From the NCBI GenBank assembly GCA_030141605.1, contig JAQGDQ010000694.1, positions 47,343 through 111,342 on the forward strand: DNA of 64,000 bases. Reading direction: 5' to 3'. The position numbers were made by a program, and so were the translations under genes. Source of the stretch: Tubiluchus corallicola. Taxonomy: Eukaryota; Animalia; Priapulida. How positions within the stretch are numbered: position 1 is the first letter of the stretch; every line of letters begins with the position of its first letter. The notes under the pieces are model-generated. The model saw only the letters and a program-made list of their open reading frames with translations. It ran no database searches and had not been told where the DNA came from. Positions 1 through 15,148 of this stretch are shown piece by piece.

Positions 1-206
1 CAAACAAGCTCATTCGCCATATGTGCCAGTTCTTAACAAGGCCTTACAAAACGTGTTCTCCTTGCAAAAGCTTTTAAACTGTAAGCGGCAAATGAACAAA
101 CACGTACAATGTATAGAGATGAAAATAAAAAGTGAAATGTCATTAGAGAAGGCGGCTAATGATATAGGAGCGCTAATGAACAGGTAACTAATGAGACCAC
201 CCACTC

Positions 207-745
207 AAAACAGAACACACACAGGCCTACATGTACAGTTGCTGGCAGATACGACACAGAAACAGTTAGTACAGTATGCATATATGGGCTATCACAATTT
301 ACAACATTAGGGTTTTAAATAACGATTACTGACGCCATTAATTTTTTACATTCAATCTCGCCGTCTGATACACACGACTTAGACGACAACGAATGACAGC
401 AAATGACGTTTTTTTTAAATTCAGTGTAAAGCGATCAATTCAGCCAGCAGCTCTGAAACAGAATACACACAGGCCTACATGTACAGTTGCTGAGCAGATA
501 CGAAACAAAAACTTTTAGTAGAGTACGTATATATGGGCTATCACAATTTATAACATTAGGGTTTTAAATAACGATTACTGACGCCATTAATTTTTTTACA
601 AATAAAAAACAAGTCGAAGTCTTACATTCAATCTCGCCGTCTGATACACACGACTTAAATGACAACAAATGACAGCAAATGACGTTTTTTTTAATTCAGT
701 GTAAAGTGATCAATTTAACTGGATCAGCCAGCAGCTCTGCAACAG
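207..745. repeat. Direct tandem duplication, two copies of ~250-290 bp (~207-455 and ~456-745)
   Basis: Both copies run from aaacagaa(c/t)acacacaggcctacatgtacagttgctg to cagccagcagctctg; the second has a ~25-bp insertion. Confidence 0.85.
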
Positions 746-1013
746 AATACAAAAACAGGAGGTGCAAGAAACTGCCAGACTTGAATCGGCAAGTGGGACA
801 CAACTGAAGCGGTATCTATTTATTTTAAGCATATCAGTTATTGTGATTAATTGCTTCCTTCGGGAAAGAGCTGAAGCCAAGCGGAAGCCACGTAACCACT
901 TCCGATTGTTCTCATTAAATGTTGCACGCAGAGAAGCTCACAATCATTCTCATTAAATGTAGCAGTAACTGACCACAGTTTACATTTAATCACACAACAA
1001 TGACAATAACAAG

Positions 1014-1472
1014 CAGGGTTCCGACTGATTTTTAAAATAAATTTTCCTGACTGTTCCATGACTTTTCCCTGACCAAATATTGATTTTTCATGACCAAGAT
1101 AAGCAGCAATTGTATTACCAATATACATATTCAAACATTTTTGTGTATTGGCATTCCTACGGATATATAATGTGTCGGCACAGTTCCAGTACTGCTAACG
1201 AAATTAAACTATTCACATTAAATAAGCTTTCTTAATCCAATCATTATTTTTGGAACAGAAATCGAAACTGGAAACCTGCCATAGCAAAATTTTCTTCGAA
1301 CGCGAATCGTTGAAAAATATGTTGAGAAATATTCCCTGACTTTTCGTCCCATTTTCATCATTTTCCCCGATTTTTTATCGAATTACCCTTTTCACCGACT
1401 TTTCCATGTCTTTCCAAGATAGCCTGTACTTTCAAGGATTTTCCAGGTTTTTTCCTGACCGTGGGAACCCTG
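1014..1472. mobile_element. Non-autonomous TIR element (hAT-like MITE)
   Basis: Termini CAGGGTTCC...GGAACCCTG with subterminal ttttcc(c)tgac repeats; no clear TSD. Confidence 0.6.
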
Positions 1473-2129
1473 AGTGAATAATTAGTAATGAAACTCTTTA
1501 ACTCTTTATAGGTAGTGCTGCTGAGGTACTGGTATTGGTAAATGCTGGTACTAAGCGACCTACGACCAACAACAATTCTAACTATTTTTAAAATTTCGCT
1601 CCGGAGTTCCTCTGCTACACGATGACTCAAAAGAGGCAAGATACAGTATGTACATATAGGTGTAAAATCGCTAAAAGTTTGACACCAACAAAATTCTCAG
1701 AATCATAGACTCAACGACATATTTGTTATTTGGTTCCTCGTCTAATTGCCATTAAAAATAGCGAAGAAGTTTTGAAACATCCGGTGCAAGCTATAGCGAA
1801 CGACAAACAAGCTACCTATTAACTTTGTAACGGAATATGAGCCGATGGCATCATTTGACATCATAGTGAGAATACAGCAAGTTATAAAACATGTATCCTG
1901 TGTCCCTATAAATAAAGGCTTTGAATTTGCTTTGTACGCGCAGTGTAACATTGCAATAAATGTATAGTCCAAAAAAACGATTTATTACAGTAATCTGCTG
2001 TTCACGTTTACATTCATGCACATACAAACTTGGAAACAATTTTCGATTAGAAAGAACAGTAAGCTCTGCACTAGGATATCATAAATAACGCTTGCATTAT
2101 TACGGTAGTAAATCCAACGCTGTAATCTT

Positions 2130-2740
2130 TTAATTATATATGACAATATTGATTATTAAACGCGTCCTGCCGTAATTCACAATCACAGCTGCTCCCAGGT
2201 GCCTATTATCGTGCTCGTATATAAATAAAAGATAGAGGCGGTTACGTAAAGTTTGCCAACCATTCTTCTGACAGGGCACAGTAACAACGGAGAGGAAGTG
2301 ACCAGTGGGGAAATTATCCCTGTTGAGCAAGGTGAGGTCATTGCGCCAAAGCAGTGGGCAAGATGACCACTCGCGAAGTAAATACAGTTGCTAAAAACGA
2401 AACGAAGTGTGTTTGGTTAGTTAAAGTAAGCTTGCCCAGAGTAAATAGGCCGTGTATGCTTTGGTCAGCGGGATAGTCTCGCCCCTGCTGAGCCTGAACT
2501 AAGAAAATTGGGCAAACATATCCGAGAAACAACAGCTCATATCGTGCTCAACGGAAACAAGAATTTGATACAGAAAATTACATTCGACTGGTAACATCAT
2601 GATATAGGAAACATAAACACTAGTTCAGGGAACAGCTAGGAAACTACGAACCAGTTGGAAAATATCTGAACCTTATGAACCTTTTCCAAAAACAATTGAA
2701 GTACAGGCAAGTGGCAACTAATACCGAAATCTAAAACTGC
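2130..2740 (-). mobile_element. Highly degraded LINE (CR1/L2-like) ORF2 remnant
   Basis: Broken translations such as LTKAYTAYLLWAS and GWQTLRNRLYLLFIY resemble LINE post-RT motifs; many stops and frameshifts. Confidence 0.3.
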
Positions 2741-3502
2741 AACCCACACAGATACGCATCTCTGGTCTTCAGTAAGTTTATAATTTCGCGGAGATTCTGG
2801 GGGCGTCGCGGGGCCACTCTTAAACACCTCAAAGCCCTAGTAATTTGCATATCGCCTCACAATCAGGGTCACCATAGCGTCAGCTATCAGCAAGATAAGA
2901 AAACTTGTGTGTCTTGAATTGCCGCATTCTAGTAAAACTGACCAGAGGCGGTTCTTCTATGAAACTTCCCAACCTCAAAGCCCCAAATGCCGAGATGGGC
3001 TTCAAAAGTGATGTAACTTTTCCCACGAGTCGTTTATGAAAAATTGTTTCGTGTAGTTACTGTAGTATGCATTGTCATAAGTGTAAGATATACAAGATTA
3101 CTAGAATAGACCTACACTGTGATCCTGGCTATGTAATGTAATGTACGTGTTATGTTAGTTTTGTAATGTCAAATATATAAATAGTGTAAATGTAATGAGT
3201 GAAATTTATGTAATGTAAAGCACGTTTCTGTTAATTGTGTCATGTCAAATGTACATATAGTGTAAAATATGCCATGTAAAAATTAATGTACTTTTGTAAT
3301 ATTGTTTTGTAAAAATATTTCAATATGGTGTTTGTAAATATGTTCATTTATTGTATATAATTAGGCCTTAGTTTTCCACTTTAGTTTTTTTTTTAGTATG
3401 CACTGGACGCATTTGTCTTGAACAGTGTTGTTATCTTAACATTACGCTGAGGCTTACTCAATTTTATTATAATGAGTGAACCATTTTAATGACAAATAAA
3501 GA

Positions 3503-3539
<37 letters not shown>

Positions 3540-3540
3540 T
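3503..3540. repeat. (AAT)n microsatellite
   Basis: Direct reading; follows aaataaa, as in a retroposon tail. Confidence 0.9.
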
Positions 3541-3582
3541 TTTATTTTATAGTATCGTTTATAATTTTATATATATTTTACA

Positions 3583-3773
3583 CGTAGTTCGCGCTCAGTA
3601 AATTTAATGAACTTGATCCAACCAAGAACAAACCTAGTCATTTGTGGTCGACTGTTCTCCTTATCTGCCGCTCCTCTATTGTGAAATCAAACACCTATCC
3701 ACACTTGACAGTCAGACTCACTATCTATTTTTAAAATACGCCTACAAATGTCTTTATTCCAAAAAGTTTTTAA
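3583..3773 (+). mobile_element. L2/CR1-group LINE ORF2 C-terminal remnant
   Basis: Translates RSSRSVNLMNLIQPRTNLVICGRLFSLSAAPLL*NQTP...SDSLSIFKIRLQMSLFQKVF, matching the R.LRS...PRT...G.R.FS.AAP.LWN.LP...SL..FK..LK..LF pattern of LINE C-termini. Confidence 0.7.
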
Positions 3774-6700
3774 CTTGTAATTACTTAATCACATGAATTT
3801 AAATTGGATTTAGACTGTGATTAAAGCAGAATGTACTGTTTGCATGGGCCATTCTCCACAGAACGTACAATTTTTGTCCCAGGATAATTTTTTTAAATAA
3901 CAAAGTTTCTGGTGCAATACTGTCTCATGACTGGTAGACACTAAAGAAAGAGACTTATTCCAGTTGTATTTGTTGCCAGAAAAGTGATTTGGACATTTCT
4001 ACTGAAGCTGAAATCAGTTCCTGTGAAAGTTTTTCCTATGTCCCCAGTGCCCATTTTAAACTTTTCCATTAAGTTAGATTTGGCAGAAAGTATCAGTTTA
4101 AAAATTAATTTGCAGTATTTTATTCGAAACAGCACACTAAAAGTGAAAATCCTCTTCCCAAATACTTTCAGAACTAGCAAATATTCGTGTTGCTTAACTT
4201 CATGTGTCTCCGTGTTCATGTGTCATTCCTGTTACTTTGGTGGAAAAGCTGAGGCATGTACCACTGAATTGACTCTATTGTTTTAAATATGACACTGCTT
4301 GGTATTTATAGGTTGTATTGCACACCTCATGTCTGCAACAGTAATGACAAAAGTAACTATTCAGATAACTTTAAAATGGTCATAGTAAATTTTTACTAGT
4401 GTTTTAAGCTCTGTCAGTATCCTTTTTGTATACAAGGGAACCTTATTAATAACAGGGCAGAGTAATTTTAAGAACATCTTTCCAGTCCTTTGGCAGATTT
4501 TTTCACATCTGTTTTGCACGTTCGGTAGAGGATGACCCGCATAATTCATCTATGTTTCTTGTTTTATTGTAGTGCATAATTTTTAAGCCTTCATGGTGTA
4601 ACACACTTTTTTTCTAGTACTGTTTGTAAACCCCTAGACTAGAGCATTTTATGGATTTGAAGCTAATAAAGTATTATTAAATTGTTATTATTATCATTAT
4701 TTACTCCATCATTCCACTGTTCAGAAATGAAAAGTTCCTTCACAAACTTGTACTGTTCACACTTTGGTAAATCGACAGTAATGAGCTCTAAACTGTCGAC
4801 CTTATAAAATAACTATTAGTTAACAATCCGCTGTTTTACCAAGATTAGCAAGCACATTACGTCAAAACACATAAAATATATGTGATTTATATAACCGTCA
4901 AAATTAAATATTCAATATCGATCGATATCGAATGAATGTCCAATTCCATTGATCCATCTATGTTGTGGAATATGTGCTATCCGATAAACCCTCTTGCTTG
5001 AATTAACATTTGACCGGGTCAGGAAATTTAAATTTAAACTTTAAGCAGCTTTAAACTCCTTCCGACAACGTTAAAGTATGCATACAAAAGAAACACTCCC
5101 CACCTGAGGCAATCGCTGTTAAATAACTCTGACCTATTACTAATTTGGCTATAACTAGACGATGATACACATGATAAATGACGTTAACAAACGTGTAACT
5201 TTTAGTATTTGTTAGTCCATTTAGTGAAGTGAGACGGAGTATGTAAACGCTGAGATACCAAGTCTTTCCAGTGTTTCAGTTTTCCAAATTTCAAAATAAA
5301 AGCCTGTGTTTTTGCATGAAATTTCTTTTAAATTTCATGGCTTTCCTTATTGTTAATAACGCAGACCATTCTCGGTCAGTTTTAGTTATTTTACTAATCA
5401 TAAAAATCTCTACAAAGTTCACACCCAGTCACAATGGGAGAGCTAATTTAAAATTCTTCAGGCAAACGTAAAATGGAAATACACGTATTGAAATTTGGCT
5501 GTAATATCATGCAGTTAAAATTAACGTTATACAGCAAACACCAAGCCAAATATAACAATTACATAGTTTCAGCAGAGTTTGTATGCCACAAAGTTAACTG
5601 ATTAGTGATTATGTAAAGATTGCCTAGTAGTTTCCTGTACTATGACAAAGAAAACTGCAACAATTGACGCCGAGTTAATCCACAGCCACTAGTCTACATT
5701 TTAGAAGCGAGCGGTCATGAGTGGTCCTCGACTCGCATTCAAATAAAACAGTTAGTATAATCTAGAGCCGAAGAGAAAGATGCGCGGCTGCTGCAGGCTT
5801 CAGCGCATCACTGTCTGAACGCCTTAATCACCGAAAGGAACACGGTTGTGGCAAAAAAAGGGATAAAAATCACATAATCACGTAAAGTATTTATAGTTTG
5901 CATTTTAAAGTTTTATAGTTTAAACTTTAAAGCTTCAAACAGTGAAACTTTGAAACAGCTCTTGCCCTGACGTCTTGACACTTTTTCGTTATTTAATTTG
6001 CTGTTTGTTACGCGCAATAGTTATTACCTGGGAGGTATAACAAGTACACAATTATTAACTTCTGCGCAGCGGTAATTTGATCGTATATATTCCTCCATAA
6101 ATCAAAATTAATAATTATGAAATGGCGCCAATTCTCAGTCATAATAAATTAGCCTTTTTACGCTCTCGCATAAATCAGCAAAAACGGGTGTCTTAAATTT
6201 AGAATAATTAGAAATTGGAAGTGGTCATTACGCCAAAACAATGAATTGCACAGCAGCTTACCAAAACAAAATTTATATCTTTTTGTAGCCGGGCTATGCT
6301 AACATATGGGTATCACTGTAGACAACACAAAATGGCCATTCAACAAGTCAAATGTTTGGTAAAAGCAATGTCTATCACTTTTCAAACGCCCTCTGTAAAA
6401 AGGCGTGACGGGGCGCTAACTAATGCATGCCCTAATACCAGGGCTGTAGTACTAATTTCTCACGGTGCCGTTTCTCCAAATTGATTTCGCAAATAACCAG
6501 GAAGCTTTCAACAGAAGCTATTGAAAATCTTTGCACAAGGTGTGGAAATCTGAAGAAAATCCCTAAAAACCTCTAGGCTGTTAGAGATGCCGAACAAATA
6601 GGCCATCGTCGCTGGAAAATGCGGTTTTCTTGTACAGCTGCGGTCATGTGACTAGAAACTGGCACGCACCTTTGCTATCTAATCAACCTGTTTCTGGGCA

Positions 6701-8224
6701 AGGATGAGGGCTGAGAGGTGTGTTGAAAAGATGGTTCAGCCAACACATAACAACACTTATAGTATTACTTTATCTGAGGTGCCATGATTAAGAGGTATTA
6801 TTATGCTAACTATACAATGAGAACGAGAAAAAACCCTTCTACAAAAAAAGCTTCGAAATTGAGTAGGGTTTTCACAGAACAATGTTCTAAAACTTCTGTG
6901 GCTACCATTGTGTATAAATGCGCCAACCCTATTCACGCGAGTAGATTTCTGTTAAGTAGTGCCGTCGCGTTTTTAAGTTTGAACATTTTAATTCGCATGC
7001 TGCACGATATTTCAAATATCACCACCCCAAGTTATGTATACTGCAGGTAGCCCCAAGTGCTATGTACACCGTCAAACAATAACAAAATAATTAATGCGCT
7101 GCAAACTATATAAATTTCATACATTAAGCAGATTTTCAAAGTGTCCGCGTTTTGACTTTTAGTATATACTCGGTGCCCACCCACGGTGACCCGCCACAGC
7201 ACCGCCCTCCATCGGAATTTGTTGCCGGCAATCTTTTCTCAATCACTACTCAGGCAAAAGGAGAGTACAATAACAGATCTATGATAATTGCGAAACTATC
7301 ACAATCAACTTCCTTTCACTAATCATGGCTACCAGGCAATTTCTCTACCTTTAAAGATGCACAAGCTTTTACATTGAACACCATGACTCATTGCATTATC
7401 CCAAATAAAATAATAAAGTCGTTCGCTTCATGGGGTAAGGGTCGTTTCAAGTGAAAAAAGAAAAGTGGGGCTAGAGATTATTGTGAACAAACCATTAAAA
7501 GAACGTGTAATGTGTGTAAATTTTTGTTACTAAGCATTAAAATATGTTCGTTATTTTTTATTATGTATGTATGTAGTGTTGGATTATAATTTGTAACCAT
7601 GTCTATTGTATATGATCGTTGTCGTTCAATGTGTCTCATGCGTTGGATTCTAAATTATATAAATATGTGAATAGGTTTAATACGTTGTAAATGCTTTTAG
7701 AAATTTTAAACATATCCCTACAAATAGAGGGAATGTATTCTGTACATAGTTTTAAAAAAGAGAATTATAATAATAATAATAATAATAAAAGAACAAGAGA
7801 TTCTTAGTTTCTCTTTTTAAACTAGTTTCCACCTGTCATTTCTTAAAATGACTAGGTGTTGTACTAATAATACAATATTAGGCATTAAAATACTTGCAAA
7901 ATAATTTTACAGTGACACACTTCGTAGAAGGAGCAACTACATATAACAAAACCACTCAAAGAAAAGAAACAGTCATCCACAAACTGTTCAAAAGTTTGAA
8001 ATTTCATTTCACATGTTAAAATTTTAAAGTTTTTAAATGCATGTACATTTTGTTTTGCAACAGTCCTGTCATGACGCTCTAGTCTCCATATAAAAAGTAC
8101 TTCAAAAGGACCATTTTTGATTCATACTTGTCTGAATGCTTCCATGTCTCATGCAGTCGCAATATATGGCCTCCAATCAATTATAATGCTATTTTAATAT
8201 AGCTCTATGTAAATTAAACATACA

Positions 8225-8680
8225 CTGTGGTCGTTTCTTCTCCTCTTTCCTTCTTACTATCCCTAATTTTACTATTTTTCCCATTCCATCATTTCTTCTG
8301 ACCCTAACCATCCTTTCATTCTCTCATTTCTGCCACCCTAACAAGCCAAGCTTTCAAGGTGTCATACAGCAACTCTTTTATTTGGTTAATTTGACTTCAT
8401 CAACGTTTTTTTACCTATACTGTTTCTTTTTTTCAATAATACTGTATGTTGACGTATTGTATATGTATTACCGGAGTGAAATAAATTGATTGATTGATTG
8501 ATTGATTGATTGATGCAACTCTTTTATTTGGTTAATTTGACTTCATCAACGTTTTTTTACCTATACTGTTTCTTTTTTTCAATAATACTGTATGTTGACG
8601 TATTGCATATGTATTACTGGAGTGAAATAAATTGATTGATTGAGTGATTGATTGATTAATTAATTAATTGATTGATTGAT
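8225..8680 (+). mobile_element. Retroposon 3' end with (GATT)n tail; last ~146 bp tandemly duplicated
   Basis: Pyrimidine-rich tract, caagccaagctt core, aaataaa then (ttga)n; 8369-8514 is repeated at 8515-8680. Confidence 0.6.
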
Positions 8681-9648
8681 ATAACAAAAGTAAAATGGGT
8701 GAAATACAAATTAATGATGCTACAATAAGCACTGTGGCAATGATGATTGTACTATACTCAGCTAATTATAACCGACATGTGTTACATTTCACACGTGCCC
8801 AAACGGCTGGACATACTCAAGTACGAAACATTTAGCAACTCGTTGGTTTGATCACTTCTCTTCAACACAGCTGTCAAACGCCACACGATTACTTAAAGAC
8901 ATGACATTTGAAGCTGAGGACTTGCGAGTGCCAAGCAGCAACATTGAGCATCTGTATAATGTTCAGTCTATAGCCAGCATAACCTCAAACTGCATACTCC
9001 AATGACTGCACTGACCATTGTAATAAAATAACTGACAAACTGGTGCAGTTTTGCAATGCTGTCACAGTGCCATGACTTAATGAAATCCCCCCTTTTAAAT
9101 ACAGTGTAGGAAGAGATAGAAACTACCTGCCAAAGTTTTACAGTCCATCGAAGGAAACTCCCACATAAGCGATCCAGTGGCATACAGGAAATGCCTGACG
9201 TTATATGTTTATATGTTACTTTTGAAAACTTTACAAATTGCACAAACCTTTCTTGGAATTCTTGCAAACAATCCAGTGGGCGCAATTTTAAAAACCGGAG
9301 TTTTACGTGAATTTTTTGAACCTGCAAGGGCTTTTAGGTTTCGAAGTGATACACAGTAGTGTCATTACTACTGACACACTTTACACATTGATATCAGTTT
9401 AGATAAGATAATTCGCATTCCTTAACTCAGTTTAAATACAATATACATGTAGACATCTATAAATATGCACTATGTAGCTACCTTGTTTTCGATAAGTATC
9501 CGAGCTGATGATATTATTACATTCTAGAATCTAGAGGGCCGCAGACCATGGCAAGTTAGTGTGTAAAATGCCTTAAAGCTGATAAGCCAATTACTAGCGG
9601 GAAAAAAACTGACCAATGGCTCGCCTACCTAAGCTATTTTCATTTGTC

Positions 9649-10002
9649 TTAAAGCAGAACTGGACCCAGTAGGTCAACACAATCTCCTTTTTAAAATATT
9701 GACTATTTTTTTCAAAAATGACTTACGCGAAAGAATCATTACCACACAAACACATTTCACGTTCGCGCGACTAGAATTCCGCTGTTACATGCATTTCGCC
9801 ATTCGTTAGCTAGATGGACACTAGCGACACTTTCGGAAACGCATTGTCATCAATTGTTGGGCTCGCCGGCTGTTAATTAAGTTTTTAATGTATTATTTAA
9901 TTTTAAGAAACGCTTTTGCAGTATTAATTGTGTTAAAATGTACACCTTTTATCGGACTTGAAAATGGGGTAGTATATGAAAAATCATCCTGTCTTCCTTT
10001 AA
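9649..10002. mobile_element. Kolobok-like non-autonomous element; related copies at ~35207-35820 and ~48089-48170
   Basis: Begins TTAAAGCAGAACTGGAC; internal blocks (gaaagaatcattaccac..., gcttttgcagtattaattgtgttaaaatgta...gaaaaatcatc) recur at 35308-35430 and 35735-35815. The superfamily is inferred only from the TTAA+AG start. Confidence 0.5.
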
Positions 10003-11701
10003 CGTAAATTTCTTTCAGGAATCTGATTGTCTAGAGTCTTGAATTGACTTCAAGATAAATCTACTAAATTATTCCGCAATATTTTATATTTAATCGAGCA
10101 AATCTTACTAAATTATTCCGCAATATTTTTTTATTTAATCGAGCAAATGCATATCGATAATTATTTATTAGCCTCAAACCCATAAAATGCTCTAGGTTTT
10201 GCAATCACTAATAATATTGGTTCAAAGAAATCAGAGCAATTTGAAAAAACAGGCGGACACACAGAGCTCGCGTGCCGTCTAATCTCCTTCACTCCCCAGA
10301 AATAAACCGTAGTTAAGGGGAGTCTACGGTTTATAAAAATAATACTTGTTATCTTTCACCACTAAAGCTAAGTGACCGAAAACGTTAAGACGCAGCTGCC
10401 GAGGCGAACGTCGTAAGAAAATCGCAACTAATCCTACCCCCTGCCAGACAAGATATGCCAAACTATAAACAAAGAATTGACACATACCGAATCGTACGAC
10501 AAGAACCTTCAAACACCAAGCCAAAAGGCCATCAAGTACAGAAGCATATAGAATTTCATGGCATGCCGTCTCGGCCTGGGTAGGGCCAAACTAGTGTCCT
10601 CGTGTGATATTCTATACCGTCTCGGAGATCTTTGCTAGAGCTCACAAAACTGTTTAGCAGAAATGGCCTCCGACAAAGAGATAATAGCCCGAGATTGAGA
10701 CGTAAATACGGATCAGATCTCGAGCGTAAAATCGTCTTAATGTGAAACCAAGTTAAACAAAACTCGGATTTAGCCAAAACAAACGGGTTAAGAAGTGTGG
10801 CATGGTAATGCTTTTAATCTTTACGGATGTCATCGCTTTTCCGCAAAAAAGAATTAGGGTTTTTAACATGTTTTATTCTTCCCATAAGTTATCTTGTACG
10901 CTCATGGCTTACAGCATTGATAGTCATTACTACTGGTATAATGCACATTTCTTCTACATACTACTGTGCAGTGTTCAGTTCTATAATTTCACTTTAAAAC
11001 TCGATTAGTACCAGTGTGTTTTTCCAAATTAAAAACTTTTTCTAAGCTATATTCGCCGTCAGGCAATAGTCAACGGAATGAGTTTACAATCCCCCCCCCA
11101 CACACACACACACACAATTTAAAAACCTAACCCCGTCACGAACTAATTTCTTGTGTAGAATTGTAAACTTTAGCAAAATAAACAATATGATTAACAAGCT
11201 ACTGCACAGGAAATAATAACATTGTTTAACTTGATAGGATTTTATTGATCATGAACTTTTTTGTATAAATTCACAGTATCAAATATTTTGACTATAATTT
11301 CAGATGAAATGGTGGTTAGCTGTGCCTTCTATAATGTACGCACAGCGCCTAAACAACGACACTATTTAAAAATTCAGGTTCCATCGTAAATATATGGAAC
11401 CCACAAGTCGTGATATAATTGTGCACATGTACCCTAGGTTCTATCAGACCCTAACACGAGTACTTGTTTGAGAAAATCTCTAATAATACGTGCATGCTTG
11501 AATAGTTTATACAGTTACATATGCTGCATTATTTGAACATGACAAGGTCAGCATGAATGGTATTTACTCTACAATAGCTTGTCATATGCGCTTCAAATAT
11601 GTACAGTAGACTAACATAATTTCAACAGAGCCAGTTCCAATAGCGCTAGTAAATAAAACGGAGTTGAACCAAATGATAAAAAGGATGCACACTGTCAAAA
11701 T

Positions 11702-12253
11702 TTGGCAGATTTGAAAAAATCATTATCACCTTACTCAAAACTCACAAAAGTTTTTGAAAATAGGAAGATTTCTTTGGAAACAAAAATTAGAATATTCTCA
11801 GCCTTAGTTGAAACTGTATTTCTGTATAACTCTGAGTTCTGGACATTTAAAGCAAATCATAAAGCTGAAATCGATGCGTTTCAAAGGCGAAATTACATAA
11901 ACATTTTGGGTATTAGATGGCCAAAGAAAATTTCAAACAAAGATCTAAATGAAAAAATAAAAGAAGAACTTTGGACAAGAAAAATAAAAAGACGCCGTTT
12001 AAGATGGATTGGGCACATGCTTAGACTACCTAATGATATTCCAGTGAAGATAGCTCTTCAACAAGCCATAGAACCAGCTAAAAAACCTGCAGGAGGACAA
12101 ATGTTAATATATTTAGATTTTGCACAGAAAGATTTAAACACTTCTGCATTGATCCTTAGAAATAAATGCACTTGGGGCATTGCAGCAAGCAGGGAGTCCT
12201 GGCATAGGGAGGTGAGCAGAATCATGTCCCTGGAAGTAGGATCCACTGGATGA
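11702..12253 (+). mobile_element. RTE-clade LINE ORF2 C-terminal fragment (5'-truncated)
   Basis: Open frame with ISLETKIRIFSALVETVFLYNSEFW...ILGIRWPKKISN...IKRRRLRWIGHMLR...SRESW, typical of the post-RT region of RTE-type LINEs. Confidence 0.85.
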
Positions 12254-12373
12254 TGGATGGAGCAAGTGACAATAAGTTAAGTTTTTAAAGCAATTCTACT
12301 TGCTTGTGAAGTCTAAGAGACCAAACCATAACATGTTACTATACTTGTAACTATACTTGTAACCATAACTTGT

Positions 12374-12375
<2 letters not shown>

Positions 12376-12412
<37 letters not shown>

Positions 12413-12985
12413 CTTTATTTACCATTCAAATACATTGATAATCACTGATAAAAACTTTACAGAGATGATCAATCAGTGTTAGTTAACAAAAGCTTACACT
12501 GCTAAAGGCAAATGCGTCAGTGCAATATAAACTACTGTGCAGTAATAGAAAGTAACGACGAATAAAATCAAACATATTTACAGCTATGCACAAAAAAATG
12601 GAAAAAATTGTGATTTAATTAATATGGCCGTGGATATATAAATTCTGAATTAGTGTGCATGTTGTCGTACTGGTGTGACGGTATTTCATATCTGGTTAAT
12701 ATTAGTGACTTTAATTTTGTTTTAAATGCTGATAGGGACTTGATTTGTTTAACCTGTGATGGTAGAAAATTCCAAAGTAGAATTGCTTGCTTGATTACAG
12801 AGTTCATTCCATAGTGGGTATTTGTCGTAATTTGTTTTAGATTGCTTGTTCTGGAATTAACAATAGGATATGGAAAAAAGGTAAAGCTGTTATTCTGGAA
12901 TGGCTTGCTGATGTTGTTAATGTATTTAAATATAAAAAGCAGAGTAAAATATTCTTTGTTTGAGTGCAATGAGAGTGGCGCTCTC
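12376..12985 (-). mobile_element. CR1/L2-group LINE 3' end with (TA)n tail
   Basis: ORF 12619-12993 contains FIFKYINN...THYGMNSV...LLWNFLPSQVKQIKSLSAFKTKLKSLILTRY; AAATAAAG then (TA)n at 12376-12410. Confidence 0.75.
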
Positions 12986-14983
12986 ATTGCCAACTATAAG
13001 CTAGCGTCACTAAACCATTCAATGGTATAGATTTAAGCACATTACACAGAAAACTTTAGCGATGCGCCTCAATTAGGTACTTAAACCGTAAATACATTAA
13101 TCATAACTACAGCTCACTGCTCAAATTTGAAAATGGAAAACACGCCAAAGGTGATGAGAAGGGGTCAGCGTGATTACCCGTGTGCATTCATTGTTTACAG
13201 GCCCATGCACTGGTTTCACTGCTACCCTGAAGGCTTGATCATAATGCCATTGCACCCAAACCAATAATCATGTATTCTACCCACCTGCCCTAACTGCCAT
13301 TCATCCTATCTGACACACACACAACGGTAAGTTCTAAGCCAAACAAATTCCTACAGTAAAACTGAATCTAACTTCAATGGGCTGCAAAATGACCTGTATC
13401 TTAGCAGGCAAATTAGTGTCACTCAGAACAAACATGCGATAACAGAATTACAGAAAAGTATCTAGATAGTTGTCTATCGTCTGTCTTGCCATTACCCCTC
13501 CCACGTTTAGTACTACAGTTCCAACCTGCATAACATTTAGCTAAATAAAATATTAAACACAATGTCTATCAGAAATGTATCTAACAGTTATATAGATAAA
13601 CTAATTATAATTTGCATACAATGACTGACAGCTACGTATTTCAAATACTAGGTTTTGTAAATTACATGCCACTTTAAACATAAAAATTGTCAAGTCAAGA
13701 AGGCAATCTGTCAGTCTGTGAACTTCATGACATCACATAGCGGGTTTAATCAACGAAATTTTAAAGACCCTTAATCAGGCACTTAGCATGCAAAACCATT
13801 TACACGAAAACCCCTCACGATAAAAGAATAGAATTTGATTGATCTCATTATTGCATGTAATCCTTAGCAACCATAGAGAAATCTGCGCAATTTTCGCTTT
13901 TCTGATTACATTCATGCTTTATGAGAAAGAGTTAACACCAAACAGGTCACGTAACCTGTGTAAGCACTTTACAGAACGTTTCAATGGTTATGCTACAACA
14001 CAATTACAAAAGCTAACAAGCAAAACTAGATGTTTCAATATTTTTTCAGTACTGAGCTTAATTTCGAATTCATTGTGTATGATGTTTGATCAACACAGAA
14101 CAGAACTGACATTGTTAAACAATAACAACCAACTGTGTTCAATCTGAAATTCCCACAAATCATAGTATGGTTTAGAGCACAATATAAAAAGCGCTGTATA
14201 TTTTACCAGCATGGAAGTTAAACTAGGTGTTAGAATTGAAGTTATTCTCCCATACCACATAACACAAAAACCCTCATCTTTTGTTCGTTTACAAAATTGA
14301 TCATGTGAGACTTGTACATTATAAAATATGATTCACCTTCCTATGTTGATGTAAATAACTTCGACAAGTTACTTTGAAGGACGGTTCACACTTCAGAAAC
14401 CCTTGATTTGTGTGCAAACATGGTACAAAAATAATCCAGTTACAAACCTAGTCACTCTACCAACTGCCAGCTGACAGGTGTCTTCGTTTGTGTATAATCG
14501 CTTTGTAAAGTTTGATAAAATTAGTCTTTATTAATACTTTTTCTCTATTAGTAGCAGTTTAAACTACCAGCACTTTGCTCGTGAATAATTTTTGAATCCC
14601 ATCTTAAGCCTACATTAGGCCTACGCATTTCTGAATCTGTACCAACATCTGAATAACTTTATCGCCTGTAACTTGGTTTGAGAAATACCCATGTATTAGC
14701 CAGTACAAGAAATAATTATCTTCAATTATGTGACATAACTAAACCAAAATAATTTAACAAGAGACGATATAAACAAACAGCAAAACAACGCGTAAACAGG
14801 GTCACCAAGGAGGAATGTTATCTGTTGATATAACTCTGTTGACATTTAAATTTGCACAATAAAAGTTTAGCAACGCAAATGCAAACAATTCATATTGACG
14901 TTTTGAGTTTTGATAAATGCCGACCGCACAAATTCTCATTATCCTAATTAAGTAAGAGTGAACGTTAATCAAATTTAAGTTTA

Positions 14984-15148
<165 letters not shown>

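Noticed and set aside
3941-4219. pogo DDE transposase remnant (NVQITFLATNTTG)
   Set aside because: Only one short motif resembles the FLP.NTT pattern; no supporting motifs or TIRs found.
7160-7212. GC-rich minus-strand ATG segment (MEGGAVAGHRGWAP) as a Par3 exon
   Set aside because: No similarity to Par3, weak donor, and the phase does not match exon 1.
11702-12253. 183-aa ORF as a host gene
   Set aside because: It starts at TTG, matches the RTE LINE C-terminus and has a decayed relative at 23.2-23.7 kb.
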